Shown: one piece after another, positions 17,334 through 28,508 of the stretch
Layout of the letters: each line of letters opens with the position of its first letter
Position numbering within the stretch: position 1 is the stretch's first letter
Origin: a virus
Lineage: Duplodnaviria; Caudoviricetes
Virus record (IMG/VR): IMGVR_UViG_3300042348_000707
Span: 1-36,271 of that record
Strand: one strand, 5' to 3'
DNA length: 36,271 bases
Translations under genes and position numbers: made by a program
The notes under the pieces: model-generated
What the model saw: only the letters and a program-made list of their open reading frames with translations
What the model was told of the DNA's origin: nothing
The model's database searches: none

Positions 17334-19206
17334 AAAAGATATTCGTTACTTATCAAGAGATTTTACTTCTCTTAAACAAAATCTTATTGATTTTGCTAAA
17401 AATTATTTTCCGAATACATATCAAGATTTTAATGAAACATCGCCTGGAATGATGTTTTTAGAAATGGCAGCTTATGTAGGAGATGTTTTATCGTATTACA
17501 CCGATGTTACATTGCAAGAATCAATGATATTACATTCTAGCGAAAGAACCAATGTATTAAACATTGCACAGTCACTTGGTTATATGCCAAAAAATAGAAT
17601 AGCTGCAACTGTAAGTTTGGATGTATTTCAAATAGTTCCTGCCATTGCGAGTGGTAGTTCTATTATTCCTGATTATTCTTATGCATTTGCAATAGAACCT
17701 GGAATGGTTGTAGGATCTGGAACAGGAACTACTGTTGAATTTAGAACAATAGACTACATTGATTTCAAATTTAGTAGTAGTTTTGATCCAACAGAAGTTA
17801 CACCATTTGAAGTTGATGCAAACGGAGAAGTATTATTTTGGTTATTAAAAAAATCTGTAAAAGCTGTTTCCGGAACAATACAAGCAATAAATTATGAATT
17901 TACGGATCCAAAACCATACGATAGAGTGACATTACAGGATCCAAATTTAATAGAAATACTATATGGTATAGATTCAGACAATAACGTTTGGTATAATGTT
18001 CCTTATTTGGCAGTTGATACAATTTTCGATCCGGTTGTAAACATATCAAGAAATGATAGAACACTATCAAAACACAGAAATGAAACACCGTATTTATTAA
18101 AGTTAAAAAAAGTTTCTAGACGATTTACCATTAGAACTGTTGATCTTGGAACGTATGATATACAATTTGGTGCAGGTGTTTCCGATTTAGATGATGAACT
18201 TTTAATTCCAAATCCAGATTTGGTCGGTAATTCATTGATTGGAACTGAAACAGCAACATCTGCAGATATTGATCCATCAAATTTTCTTTATACAAAAACT
18301 TATGGATTGGCTCCAAATAACACAACACTTACAGTATACTATACAACGGGAAATGGTATAAATGATAATGTTGCAAGTGATACATTAACCAATGTAATAA
18401 CAAGAGAAATTTTATTAGATGAAACTGGATTGGATCCAGTTTTATATCAACAGGCGGTTGCAAGTTTAGCAGTAACAAATCCCAATCCTGCTGTTGGTGC
18501 AAAAGATTTAGAAGATATAAATGAAATCAGACAAAATGCTCTCGCATCTTTTGCTTCACAAAATCGTGCAGTAACAAAAGAAGATTATATTATTCGTGCT
18601 TATAGTTTACCAGCAAGATATGGTTCTATTGCAAAGGCATATATTTCAAAAGATACACAGCTTATTTCAAACGCAATTTACAATAGTGATAGAGTTCAAA
18701 ATGACTTGGCATTAAATTTTTATGTTCTTGGTTACGATTCAAACCAAAAACTTACAATGATAAATGATGCAACAAAAGAAAATTTGAAAACATATCTAAA
18801 TCACCACAGAATACTTACAGATGCTGTTAATATAAGAGATGCATACATAATAAACATAGGTATTGAATTTGATGTTATCATATTACCTGATCAAAATAGC
18901 AATCAAGTAATTCTTCGATGTATAAATGCTCTTAAAAAATACTTTGATATAAAAAAATGGCAAATAAACCAACCTATTGTAATAAGTAATATATTTACCG
19001 AATTGGATAAAGTAGAAGGGGTTCAAACTGTTGTTGATGTAAAAATTAAAAACTTGTATGACACAACTCTTGGTTATTCACAACACGCATATAATATACA
19101 AGAAGCAACAAAAGATGGAATAATTTTTCCCTCACTTGATCCTTCTATATTTGAAATAAAATATCCAGATAATGATATTATTGGTAAAGTGAGGGCATTT
19201 GGATGA
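17317..19206 (+). CDS. Baseplate wedge subunit (T4 gp6/baseplate J-like)
   Basis: RDFTSLKQNL...DFNETSPGMMFLEMAAYVGDVLSYY, IAQSLGY, IQFGAG and QNRAVTKEDY. Confidence 0.92.
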   Translation: MADLVKKDIRYLSRDFTSLKQNLIDFAKNYFPNTYQDFNETSPGMMFLEMAAYVGDVLSYYTDVTLQESMILHSSERTNVLNIAQSLGYMPKNRIAATVSLDVFQIVPAIASGSSIIPDYSYAFAIEPGMVVGSGTGTTVEFRTIDYIDFKFSSSFDPTEVTPFEVDANGEVLFWLLKKSVKAVSGTIQAINYEFTDPKPYDRVTLQDPNLIEILYGIDSDNNVWYNVPYLAVDTIFDPVVNISRNDRTLSKHRNETPYLLKLKKVSRRFTIRTVDLGTYDIQFGAGVSDLDDELLIPNPDLVGNSLIGTETATSADIDPSNFLYTKTYGLAPNNTTLTVYYTTGNGINDNVASDTLTNVITREILLDETGLDPVLYQQAVASLAVTNPNPAVGAKDLEDINEIRQNALASFASQNRAVTKEDYIIRAYSLPARYGSIAKAYISKDTQLISNAIYNSDRVQNDLALNFYVLGYDSNQKLTMINDATKENLKTYLNHHRILTDAVNIRDAYIINIGIEFDVIILPDQNSNQVILRCINALKKYFDIKKWQINQPIVISNIFTELDKVEGVQTVVDVKIKNLYDTTLGYSQHAYNIQEATKDGIIFPSLDPSIFEIKYPDNDIIGKVRAFG

Positions 19207-20375
19207 TATATGTAATATACCCAGAAAAAGATGCAACAATATACGAAAGAACGGAATCAAAAAATACCGGTCTTGATTCTATATTAGAAGTTTCACATAT
19301 ACTAATTGGCACTGCATCAAGGTATAATAGTAGAGTTCTGATGAAATTTGATACAAGTCAAATCGAAGAACAAGTGAGTGCAGGAAAAATTCCTGAAAAT
19401 GCAAGGTACTATCTCATATTAAAAACTGCTGAAGTTAGAGAAATTCCACAAGAATATACTTTATATGCATATCCTGTATCATCTTCTTGGACAAATGGAA
19501 CTGGAAGATTTGTAAACAATCCAATAGTAAACGATGGTGTATCATGGCGATATAGAACATCAGCAAATGTTGGAACAGAATGGGATATACCCCCAACAAC
19601 TGCTAGTTTAGAATGGGATGATGTATCGGAAACATGGATTCAAGATGACGGAATATGGGGAAATAATGTACCAACTGCAACAGTTACATCATCTTATTTT
19701 TCAAAAGAAGGTGGTGGAACTTGGTGGGATTACGATAATGTTGAATGTACACAATCATTCTCTTTTGAAACACAAGATGTTTATATGGATGTTACATCTA
19801 TTTTTAGTAAATGGATTACTGGTTCGGGAAGATTTAATAACGATGGACTAATTTTGAAGTTTAGTAATGAATTGGAATCTTCGTTTGAAACTATCAACAG
19901 TTTGAAGTTTTTTGCAACTGATAGTAATACAATATATGTTCCAAGAATCCACGTTATTTGGGATGATCAGTCATTTGTAACAGGAAGTTTAACAGAAGTT
20001 GGTGAAAATAGTCTAAACTTAAATGTTAAAATGAAAAAGTTTTATTCCCAAGATGAAAAGGCAAAAATTAGAATATATGCAAATGAAAGATTTCCACAAA
20101 GAAGTTATACAACACAATCTTATCATATGATAAATTATCACTTACCGTCTTCATCTTATTACGAAATTAGAGATGCCCACACAGATGAGGCAATCTTGCC
20201 ATTTAACTCAACTGGTTCAAAAATAAGTTGTGACGAAAGTGGAAATTATTTCAATCTATGGATGAATGCATTTCAACCTGAAAGATTTTATAGAGTTGTA
20301 ATAAAAGTTGAAAGAGATGGTGGTGATGTTGTAGAAATGTTTGATAATAATTACTACTTTAAGGTTACGAGATAA
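19203..20375 (+). CDS. Structural protein with a DNRLRE/CBM96-like beta-sandwich
   Basis: Pattern KDATIYE...RVLMKFD...AYPVSSSW...DVTSIFSKW...NDGLILK...F..DS...PRIHV; ATGA-coupled to gp6. Confidence 0.6.
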   Translation: MIYVIYPEKDATIYERTESKNTGLDSILEVSHILIGTASRYNSRVLMKFDTSQIEEQVSAGKIPENARYYLILKTAEVREIPQEYTLYAYPVSSSWTNGTGRFVNNPIVNDGVSWRYRTSANVGTEWDIPPTTASLEWDDVSETWIQDDGIWGNNVPTATVTSSYFSKEGGGTWWDYDNVECTQSFSFETQDVYMDVTSIFSKWITGSGRFNNDGLILKFSNELESSFETINSLKFFATDSNTIYVPRIHVIWDDQSFVTGSLTEVGENSLNLNVKMKKFYSQDEKAKIRIYANERFPQRSYTTQSYHMINYHLPSSSYYEIRDAHTDEAILPFNSTGSKISCDESGNYFNLWMNAFQPERFYRVVIKVERDGGDVVEMFDNNYYFKVTR

Positions 20376-20377
20376 TC

Positions 20378-21313
20378 ATGGCAATGTTAAAAAGAGATCC
20401 TGAAAATGGAAGAATAATAAGTTATACACCAATTAGTGATAAAAAAAATGAAGGGGTACTTGATGTTGCATTACTCGATGGTAGATATATTAGAAGTGAT
20501 TTTGTAAATTTTGTAAATGTAAAATTTTCTTCTTTGCCAGATGCAATAAATGCAGAAAGAGTTGTATCTCAAAAAATATCTGCAATTAAAGATCAATCGC
20601 TTCTTCCTGGAGAATTTGAGAGAATCACTGGTCAACCACAACCACCAAATTTATTACCGGAACAAATTCAGGCACTCGCAGCAAAAGAATACCTTAAAAG
20701 TATAGGAAATTTGATAGATACTGATAGTGATAGTACATTTGCTTTACAATCAAAAATTGATGAATTGCAGGCACAATTAGAACAAAAGGATTCTATAATA
20801 AGTGATCAATTACAAAGTATCAACAATTTTGATGATGTATTGGCATCTATTGCTTACGAAAGAAATGTTGCAATAAATAGAAATGACAGATTGAGAGAGG
20901 CAAATATATCATTACAACAACAAGCAGACGAAATACTGTTTAGAACAGAACTTGAAGTTGCAAAACAAAGAGAACAATCAATTCAATCTGCACAAGATTT
21001 GAAGAACTCTTTATTAAATGTTGCCGATAAAACTGCAGAGATAACAAATTTGCAATCACAGTTTAATGATGTATCTCAAAATTTAAGTGGTGTACAAAAT
21101 GATATTGGTGGAATACAAAGTGATATAGTAAGACAAGAAAGTTTACTACAAGATGTAGATACCAAATCAAGTGATGCGGCAAATCAAGCAACGGATGCAA
21201 ATAATAAAGCAGATGCATCATTGTTTAGAATGGAAGAGGCAAATGACAAAATAAGTGATATTTCAGAAGACGATAATGCAAAATCGGCATTTGAAAAAGT
21301 ATTCCCAATATAA
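20378..21313 (+). CDS. Coiled-coil structural protein
   Basis: Heptad-rich Q/N/D/L C-terminal 190 aa, located inside the baseplate block. Confidence 0.75.
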   Translation: MAMLKRDPENGRIISYTPISDKKNEGVLDVALLDGRYIRSDFVNFVNVKFSSLPDAINAERVVSQKISAIKDQSLLPGEFERITGQPQPPNLLPEQIQALAAKEYLKSIGNLIDTDSDSTFALQSKIDELQAQLEQKDSIISDQLQSINNFDDVLASIAYERNVAINRNDRLREANISLQQQADEILFRTELEVAKQREQSIQSAQDLKNSLLNVADKTAEITNLQSQFNDVSQNLSGVQNDIGGIQSDIVRQESLLQDVDTKSSDAANQATDANNKADASLFRMEEANDKISDISEDDNAKSAFEKVFPI

Positions 21314-21325
21314 TAACAAGTTACA

Positions 21326-24300
21326 ATGAATAATTTTAGATATTCAAATATAGAAGAAATACTTGCTACCAAAAGTTTTATCCGTGGTAACAGATTTAGA
21401 GAACAGAATTTAAGAAGAAAATTGGTTGTTCCTATTCTTAACGCAACTACTGCTGTTGAAGATCCTACCAGTATTGAACTTCATGTTTTTTTAGAAAATG
21501 GAACTTATATTGAGGGTGGTTCATTATATGATATTCCTTTTGTAATCGAAACACGAGAAGAAACTTTTTTAGTAGATGGGGAAAGACGAGTTTATGACCG
21601 AAAGTATGCAATAGTAGATGTTCATAAACATTTACACGAAAACTTAAAATTACCAACTGGAAAATATAAAATTGTATACAATTTTATGAACAGTTTGGTA
21701 GGTGGTCCTTCAAATGCACCAAATAGAGTGTTCATATCAGATATATCTCCCGATAGAAAAGAATTAAGACTTGCGATAAAACAACTTGAAAATGAATCTG
21801 CAAAACAAGAATTAACAAAATTTGTTTTGGATTACTTAAAAGATTCTTACTATATGCCACCAATAGTTTTGAACTTTGGTGAAAACATGATAGTTGATGT
21901 TATCAATGTTGCTACTGACGGTGATGCTAATTTCTTTTATGTAAAGTTATATGATCCATTACCGAGAGAAATAGATTTATACTATGAATGTTGGGTTGGA
22001 AGACAAACATTAAAACCTTGGATAGATACCGTTGATATATTGACACAAGAAGAAGAAAAAGGTATTCCATTTATTAAAGGACCTAATTTTGAAGTAAATT
22101 ATGATTACTGGTTATCAACGGAAACTGATTACAAATCATGGAATGATTTATTATCAACCAATGTTCAAACATCCCAAGAGATATTGAACAGATATGTTCT
22201 TAATAGTGGATCGTCAGTAAATCTGAACATTGATTTTAGAGAGTTTGAAAATTTTGTATTTTATTCATCTGCTGAAGAAAGAGTTGAAAACTTTTTTTAC
22301 AAAATAGGTTTGGTAGAAAATTACAATACACAACTTTCTTTATTGAACACTTATACTGGATCAGTAGAGGCAAATGTAACTAAATTAAAAGGTTTGAAAG
22401 ACAAACTAATATCCGGATTTGATAATTTTGAGAAATGGTTATACTATGAAACAACTTCAAGTAATTATTATTCATCACAAACTTCATCATCAATTACTCC
22501 ATATCCAAAATATGAATTGGATATAACTGCAAGTAATTACGATATATCAACAAAAGAAGGGAAGTATAATTTATATTCTATATTATCAAATGAAGTTCAA
22601 ACTTGGTATGAAAACTTAATAGTTTCTGCATCAAACTATGATTTGAAAAATTACAATGCATTGAACAAAGCAATTCCAGAATATATCAGAGATGATGGAC
22701 AAAGTGAACAATTTACAACATTTGTAAATATGGTTGGTCATCACTTTGATGTAATGTATTTGTATACTGATCATATATTGAGAAAAAATGAAAGAAAAGA
22801 AAATCCAAAAGACGGGTTATCACAAGATTTAATTTACGATGCAACAAGAAATTTAGGTTGGACATTAACACATGGAACACAAGCAAAGGATCTTTGGGAA
22901 TATGCTCTTGGTGTAAGCGGTAGTGGTGAAGCAATTTGGACTGGCAAAACTATTACAAATAAATATCTTACAAAAACCGATGAAGAAAGGACAAAAGAAG
23001 TTTGGAGAAGAATACTAAATACTTTACCGTATGTTTACAAAACAAAAGGAACATCAAGAGCAATAAAGGCACTTTTGTCTGCCTACGGTATTCCACAAAC
23101 ACTTTTAACAATTAGAGAATTTGGTGGTCCTGACAATGCAGATTTTGGCGATAAACCAAAATTTGAATGGGAAAAACATACATACTATCTAAACTTTTCA
23201 GGTAGTTACCCATTACCAACTCATAATCATTATGTAAGTGTTCCTTGGGAAAAAGTAAATAATGAAAACAGTCAATGGCAATATCCAGATACAGTTACAT
23301 TTAGATGGAGAATGGAACCTGACAGATTGTATGAATATGTTTTGGATCCAATACAAACTATATTACAGAAACAAAGTGGAAGCAGAGTAGATTGGTTTGT
23401 AACTGCAAATAAAAATGGAACTGATATTGAAAAAGGTACTCTTACATTTTATTTGAGCGATGGATCAACATACAAAAGTGCATCAATTATAGATGAATAC
23501 TTGTATGATGATATTCCGTTGAACATAATGATTCGTAGATATAGTTCAAATGACACAATATCAAGTAATCAAACTTATGATTTTATACTAAAAACTTCAA
23601 AGTATGGCAAGATTGCAGTAGAAAGATCTGCAAGTATATCAATAAATGGATCAACAGAATCTTTATTCAATAGAGCATGGTCATCTAATGGTACTTTATT
23701 CATAGGTTCTGGATCAAATTTTGAAACAAATAAAATACTATCTGGTTCTATATTTGAATTAAGATATTGGACAAACCAATTAAAAGATGAATCATTTGAT
23801 AATCATGTTTTATCCGCTCGTGCTTACAATGGAAATACTCAAACATCTTCATTTTACGATTTACAAGGTCAATGGAAATTTTGGCAAAAATTTGATATTG
23901 CTGCAACTACAAGTTTAGCAAGTTCACATCCAGACCAATCAAAAAATACATTTTATAGTTCATCAAAAGTTGCAAACTTTATTGGTTTTAATTCTGGTGC
24001 ATTTGAAAGTATTGTTGAAAACTATAACATGGAAGTGATAAGTGTAGGTAACAATACACCTTTTTCTGAAAAGGTTAGAATCGAATCTGCATCTCTACAA
24101 GCTCCATTAAAAATGGATGAATCTTCTGCAGTATCACAATTTGATAAATTTTCAATAGATTCTAATAAATTGATGGTTGCATTTTCTCCTCAACATATAA
24201 TAAATGAGGATATTTATGAGGCACTTGGTTATACAAATTTAGATGACTATATTGGAGATTACTATTCCTCAAATTTGTCAGAATATCCAGATCTAAAACA

Positions 24301-25354
24301 ACTTTCAAATGAGTATTGGAAGAAATATCCAAATAAAAATGATTTTACTGCTTATGTTCGTTTGATTTCTATATTTGATTTTAGTGTATTTGATCAAATT
24401 CGTCAGACTTTACCATTGAGAGTAAATGAAATACTTGGATTGGTGATTGAACCAAATGTTTTGGAAAGATCTAAAGTAAAATTGAATAGAGATTTTTCTG
24501 CTGAAAATTTTCAATCAATAGATACAAATGATGTATCAAAAACACCAACACCATCTGTTTCATTGAATAAAAATAAAACAACTTTAATGATTGGATTTGA
24601 TGAAAATTTTGGAAGTAATTTTGCTGAAATTTCCACCGATTATGAAGTAGAATCAACTTTTGTAACTGAAATAGATGAGGCAGAAGGCGAAGGTAATATC
24701 GGAATAGGTGTTAAAACTAAATTGCATAATAAAAAAACAAAAATAGATACACCTATAAAAAAAGTTTATGGTAAATATAAAAAACCACTTCAAACATTTT
24801 TACAATCTGGTATTAAAAACATAATACCAATGATGAAAACATTAGAAACAACAATAAGTGCAACAAAGGCAAAGTTTTCAACTGGACAAATTTGGTTTAC
24901 CCCAAGTCCTATTTCAAATCAAAATGTATCTGTTACTGGACAAATTTTACCGGGTGGTATATCTATTTTACCCAAATCTTCAAATTATATTTTAATTGAA
25001 AACAAAACACCAATAGGATATAACTCTATTGAAAAGAAAACTGCTCACTTTGAACAAATAGAAAATCAAAGAGAAGACGGTTTTTACAAAACATTTAGTC
25101 CAATTTATTCTACATATGAAAGTTATGCTAAAGATGAACCAACTTCATATTTGTTCATATCATCAAGTCATATGAACTCTGAAAAATTACCAACAGGAAT
25201 TAAAAATCACAGATTTTTAGGAACAAAACTTGCAGGTAAAAATGGTGAAGGTATAAATCAACCTGCAATTCCTGCAGTAACTCCAGATGGTGGTCCAGTT
25301 GTTATTGTATTAACATCGAAACTTGAAGAAGATGTTGTTTACAAAGTTGAATAA
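21326..25354 (+). CDS. Large baseplate wedge protein (gp7/P2 gpI-like core plus a LamG-like domain)
   Basis: YKTKGTSRAIKALLSAYG...IREFGG is a gpI/gp7-type motif; LFIGSG...LSGSIFELRYW is LamG-like; follows gp6. Confidence 0.65.
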   Translation: MNNFRYSNIEEILATKSFIRGNRFREQNLRRKLVVPILNATTAVEDPTSIELHVFLENGTYIEGGSLYDIPFVIETREETFLVDGERRVYDRKYAIVDVHKHLHENLKLPTGKYKIVYNFMNSLVGGPSNAPNRVFISDISPDRKELRLAIKQLENESAKQELTKFVLDYLKDSYYMPPIVLNFGENMIVDVINVATDGDANFFYVKLYDPLPREIDLYYECWVGRQTLKPWIDTVDILTQEEEKGIPFIKGPNFEVNYDYWLSTETDYKSWNDLLSTNVQTSQEILNRYVLNSGSSVNLNIDFREFENFVFYSSAEERVENFFYKIGLVENYNTQLSLLNTYTGSVEANVTKLKGLKDKLISGFDNFEKWLYYETTSSNYYSSQTSSSITPYPKYELDITASNYDISTKEGKYNLYSILSNEVQTWYENLIVSASNYDLKNYNALNKAIPEYIRDDGQSEQFTTFVNMVGHHFDVMYLYTDHILRKNERKENPKDGLSQDLIYDATRNLGWTLTHGTQAKDLWEYALGVSGSGEAIWTGKTITNKYLTKTDEERTKEVWRRILNTLPYVYKTKGTSRAIKALLSAYGIPQTLLTIREFGGPDNADFGDKPKFEWEKHTYYLNFSGSYPLPTHNHYVSVPWEKVNNENSQWQYPDTVTFRWRMEPDRLYEYVLDPIQTILQKQSGSRVDWFVTANKNGTDIEKGTLTFYLSDGSTYKSASIIDEYLYDDIPLNIMIRRYSSNDTISSNQTYDFILKTSKYGKIAVERSASISINGSTESLFNRAWSSNGTLFIGSGSNFETNKILSGSIFELRYWTNQLKDESFDNHVLSARAYNGNTQTSSFYDLQGQWKFWQKFDIAATTSLASSHPDQSKNTFYSSSKVANFIGFNSGAFESIVENYNMEVISVGNNTPFSEKVRIESASLQAPLKMDESSAVSQFDKFSIDSNKLMVAFSPQHIINEDIYEALGYTNLDDYIGDYYSSNLSEYPDLKQLSNEYWKKYPNKNDFTAYVRLISIFDFSVFDQIRQTLPLRVNEILGLVIEPNVLERSKVKLNRDFSAENFQSIDTNDVSKTPTPSVSLNKNKTTLMIGFDENFGSNFAEISTDYEVESTFVTEIDEAEGEGNIGIGVKTKLHNKKTKIDTPIKKVYGKYKKPLQTFLQSGIKNIIPMMKTLETTISATKAKFSTGQIWFTPSPISNQNVSVTGQILPGGISILPKSSNYILIENKTPIGYNSIEKKTAHFEQIENQREDGFYKTFSPIYSTYESYAKDEPTSYLFISSSHMNSEKLPTGIKNHRFLGTKLAGKNGEGINQPAIPAVTPDGGPVVIVLTSKLEEDVVYKVE

Positions 25355-25397
25355 TTAAAAATATCATATATTTTAGTATAAATTGTTCGTAAACACA

Positions 25398-25405
25398 TAT
25401 TTATA
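25398..25405 (+). promoter_or_regulatory. TATTTATA candidate late promoter for the tail-collar-like block
   Basis: In the 126-nt intergenic gap; AAGGAG SD before the ATG at 25481. Confidence 0.45.
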
Positions 25406-25480
25406 TTTGAAACTATACCCATCAAATGGGATCTTGTATATTGAAAAAAGTTTTAACTATTAAAAAGAAGGAGTAACAAA

Positions 25481-26191
25481 ATGGGTTATTTAAGTAATAA
25501 CGGAACCATAACAGTTGATGCGGTTCTTACAAAAAAAGGTAGAGAATTGCTTGCAAAGGGACAAGGTAATTTTAACATTACACAATTTGCACTTTCCGAT
25601 GATGAGATTGATTATGATTTATGGAACCCTCAACACGGCCTTGGTTCTGATTATTTTGGAGTTGTTATTGAAAATATGCCAATAACAGAAGCCGTTCCCG
25701 ATGAAACACAATCTATGAAATATAAATTGATAACACTTCCTGCTGGAACAAGAGCGATACCTTATATTGCTGAAGTAAACAATTTAACCAGTGTTGATAT
25801 TTTTGGTAACAATATATCTACAACATCTGCAACATTACCAAATAAAACCGTTGCTATATCTACTTATCAGTTCAATGGAACAACAGGAAATGTTTCATTA
25901 ACAGATGAACAAACATATACAATTACTTTATTAGATCAAACATATGTTACATTAACGGGATTAAATACATCAAGACGTGGAAGTGAGTCTGGTAATTCTA
26001 TAACTTATTCACAAGTTGCCGATACTGTTGATGCAAAAACAGGACAAAGATCAATGAGTTTTGTAGTTCAAGGAAACACAATATCAAAATCTTCAACAAT
26101 AACAACGCCTATTGTTAAAACTACAAAGTTGATAATAACAAATGAAAAGTTTGGTTCAAGATTGGTATTACCGGTAACGTTTACATATTAA
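25481..26191 (+). CDS. Tail/baseplate protein resembling the N-half of the tail-collar fibre domain (DUF3751)
   Basis: VLTKKGRELLAK...ITQFALSDDE resembles the lTxxGxxxla...itxxaxGD start of P2 gpH-type fibres. The remainder is Thr/Ser-rich beta structure. Confidence 0.55.
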   Translation: MGYLSNNGTITVDAVLTKKGRELLAKGQGNFNITQFALSDDEIDYDLWNPQHGLGSDYFGVVIENMPITEAVPDETQSMKYKLITLPAGTRAIPYIAEVNNLTSVDIFGNNISTTSATLPNKTVAISTYQFNGTTGNVSLTDEQTYTITLLDQTYVTLTGLNTSRRGSESGNSITYSQVADTVDAKTGQRSMSFVVQGNTISKSSTITTPIVKTTKLIITNEKFGSRLVLPVTFTY

Positions 26192-26237
26192 ATTTTTCTT
26201 AAAACAACATTGTTTTGACATAACATAGGAAATAAAA

Positions 26238-27407
26238 ATGAGTAATATCTATAAAAAGGTAGACTATACTTTGTCTTCAACTGGTCGTGGTGCTCAGACT
26301 ATAACCACACCCATAATTAGATCAATGTGGGATGCTACCACAAGTAATTTATTAACGTTTCACACGAGTTCAACTCAAACAACTTCATCACAACAATACT
26401 ATTATGAAATATGGAGTTCTGATACTTTGACTTGCGATGATGAACGTATGTTTTCAATTACATACGGTCATGTGAGCGGTTCGGGATCACAATACAATAA
26501 TAGTAATGTAGAAAGCACATCTGGAGATACTCCTTCAAAATCAATATACAATCAATTTAAGCAATTATGTCTTGATGGCGATGAAGGTGGATTGAAGTTA
26601 TCGGGTTCTGCAACACCAATTACACATTTTTATGCTATTACAATAAATCGTGATAAATTTGGCGATAAATTGGATCCAGGTAATTTTCAACTTAATCTAG
26701 CAGAGTTGTCTGGAAGTGGATATGCAAACAATGTTCATACTGGAAGTAATGTTCATATTTCTGGATCAAATCCAAAAGTAATTTCACTGATAGATGATTC
26801 TGGTGATATAAACAATACAACTGTGGATGAAAGTGGAACTTCTACTTCAATTCCAAGATACATTGTTAGTGGTAGTTTATCAGACGGTATACACAATATA
26901 TCTTCTCCTCATTGTTTTGGTATAGTATATCCAAGTTTGGGCATATTATTACTCGATGCTGATAAATTAAATCTTTCTGCATCATTTAATACAGTTACAG
27001 GAAGTAATATATTAGGTGACAATTCATATAAATTATTTGTTGCAATGAGTGGTTCTGCTGCAATATATTCATATGGTTTTAACGCTCGTTCTATTGATGT
27101 TAAAAACGAATCTCATTACTATGTTAGAGTTCCTGTAACACAACACGGTTATGGATCAAATAATCCCACATTTGTTCTACCACCAAATACAGTAGATGAA
27201 CAATCACAATTACCAGCAACAGGATTGATTAAATATCCATCATGGAGGGCAAAATCAATGCAAGAATCTGGAAAACCAACTGTTTATGTTACAAGCATTG
27301 GTTTATATGATGATGATTTGAATTTACTTGCGGTTGCAAAATTAAATCAACCATTAAGACATGATATAAATGAAGAATTATCAATAACAGTAAAACTAGA
27401 GTATTAA
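26238..27407 (+). CDS. Tail/baseplate structural paralogue 1
   Basis: Family motifs FSITYGH, DKLDPGNFQL, LIDDS, VSGSL, NPTF and YVTSIGLYDDDLNLLAVAKLNQP. Confidence 0.8.
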   Translation: MSNIYKKVDYTLSSTGRGAQTITTPIIRSMWDATTSNLLTFHTSSTQTTSSQQYYYEIWSSDTLTCDDERMFSITYGHVSGSGSQYNNSNVESTSGDTPSKSIYNQFKQLCLDGDEGGLKLSGSATPITHFYAITINRDKFGDKLDPGNFQLNLAELSGSGYANNVHTGSNVHISGSNPKVISLIDDSGDINNTTVDESGTSTSIPRYIVSGSLSDGIHNISSPHCFGIVYPSLGILLLDADKLNLSASFNTVTGSNILGDNSYKLFVAMSGSAAIYSYGFNARSIDVKNESHYYVRVPVTQHGYGSNNPTFVLPPNTVDEQSQLPATGLIKYPSWRAKSMQESGKPTVYVTSIGLYDDDLNLLAVAKLNQPLRHDINEELSITVKLEY

Positions 27408-27409
27408 AT

Positions 27410-28495
27410 ATGAGTTCAGCAGCTTTCAAAAAATTTGCTAGTGATGCAGTTTCAACATCACAACGTGAAGTAGTTACGGCACCTTTATGGTCAGACGGTT
27501 TATCAGAACTGAATAAAATTTCTACAAGTTCAACCCAAACAGAAAATCAAAAAAGATACTATTATCAGATTTTTAATGATCCTAATTCTGTTGGAGGTGC
27601 TCAATCACAATTTAGTATTGCTTATTGTGATTCAAGGGGTAGTGGATCATCAACTGGATCATTTGGATATGATCCGTTAGATTATCCAACTAAGGCAAAC
27701 TATTCTCAATATAAACAACTTTTATTGACTAACCAAAATTTGTTTACCTTTCAAAATGGTGAACAATCTGAATATGTTTACGCAATAAATGTTGATAGGG
27801 CAAGATATAAAGATAAGATTGATACAAACACATGGCAATTAAATTTGGCAGAAATAAATGGAACTGGTAGTGCAAAACTTGGTCAAGTTGTAGTATCTTC
27901 TTCAAATAAAATAATTTCTTTGATTGATGATTCTGGTGCATCTACCACCGAATTATCAAGTGTTGGTGATAGAGTATATTTTGTTAGAAGTGGTAGTCTT
28001 GATGACGGTATAAATACAAGTGATACAACTCCTTGGGGATTATTTTATCCAGACCATGGTGTGATTATACTAAACGGAAAAGCTCTTGATGCATCTGCAT
28101 CTTTCTCAACTGCAAGAACTTCTGCTGGTTCTGGAACAGAATTTGGCGGTGGTGCTGATAATAATTTTAGATTATACCTTGCAATTAGTGGTGCTATGGA
28201 TCTTGAACCTGATAGTGGATCTTTTGTAGCAAAAACATCAGAAGTCATTGCAGCAACATATTACTATGTTAGAATTTTTAACAATGAACTCAATTATACT
28301 CAAAATCCGAGTTTTTATTCGGGTAGTCAAAATGAATTGAGATGGCCTGGAATGTATAACGATCCAAGAGTTTATATCACAACTGTTGGTCTTTATGATG
28401 ATTCATTTAATTTGCTTGGAGTTGCAAAATTGAATCAACCTATTGCAAAGACATTCGATAAAGAAATTACTATTAAAATAAAACTTGATTACTAA
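27410..28495 (+). CDS. Tail/baseplate structural paralogue 2
   Basis: FSIAY, DKIDTNTWQL, LIDDS, RSGSL, NPSF and YITTVGLYDDSFNLLGVAKLNQP. Confidence 0.8.
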   Translation: MSSAAFKKFASDAVSTSQREVVTAPLWSDGLSELNKISTSSTQTENQKRYYYQIFNDPNSVGGAQSQFSIAYCDSRGSGSSTGSFGYDPLDYPTKANYSQYKQLLLTNQNLFTFQNGEQSEYVYAINVDRARYKDKIDTNTWQLNLAEINGTGSAKLGQVVVSSSNKIISLIDDSGASTTELSSVGDRVYFVRSGSLDDGINTSDTTPWGLFYPDHGVIILNGKALDASASFSTARTSAGSGTEFGGGADNNFRLYLAISGAMDLEPDSGSFVAKTSEVIAATYYYVRIFNNELNYTQNPSFYSGSQNELRWPGMYNDPRVYITTVGLYDDSFNLLGVAKLNQPIAKTFDKEITIKIKLDY

Positions 28496-28508
28496 GGCAA
28501 AATAACAT

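Noticed and set aside
26201-26216. AAAACAA-CA-TTGTTTT hairpin as a terminator
   Set aside because: The stem is almost all A-T with no separate U-tract, which is too weak to call.
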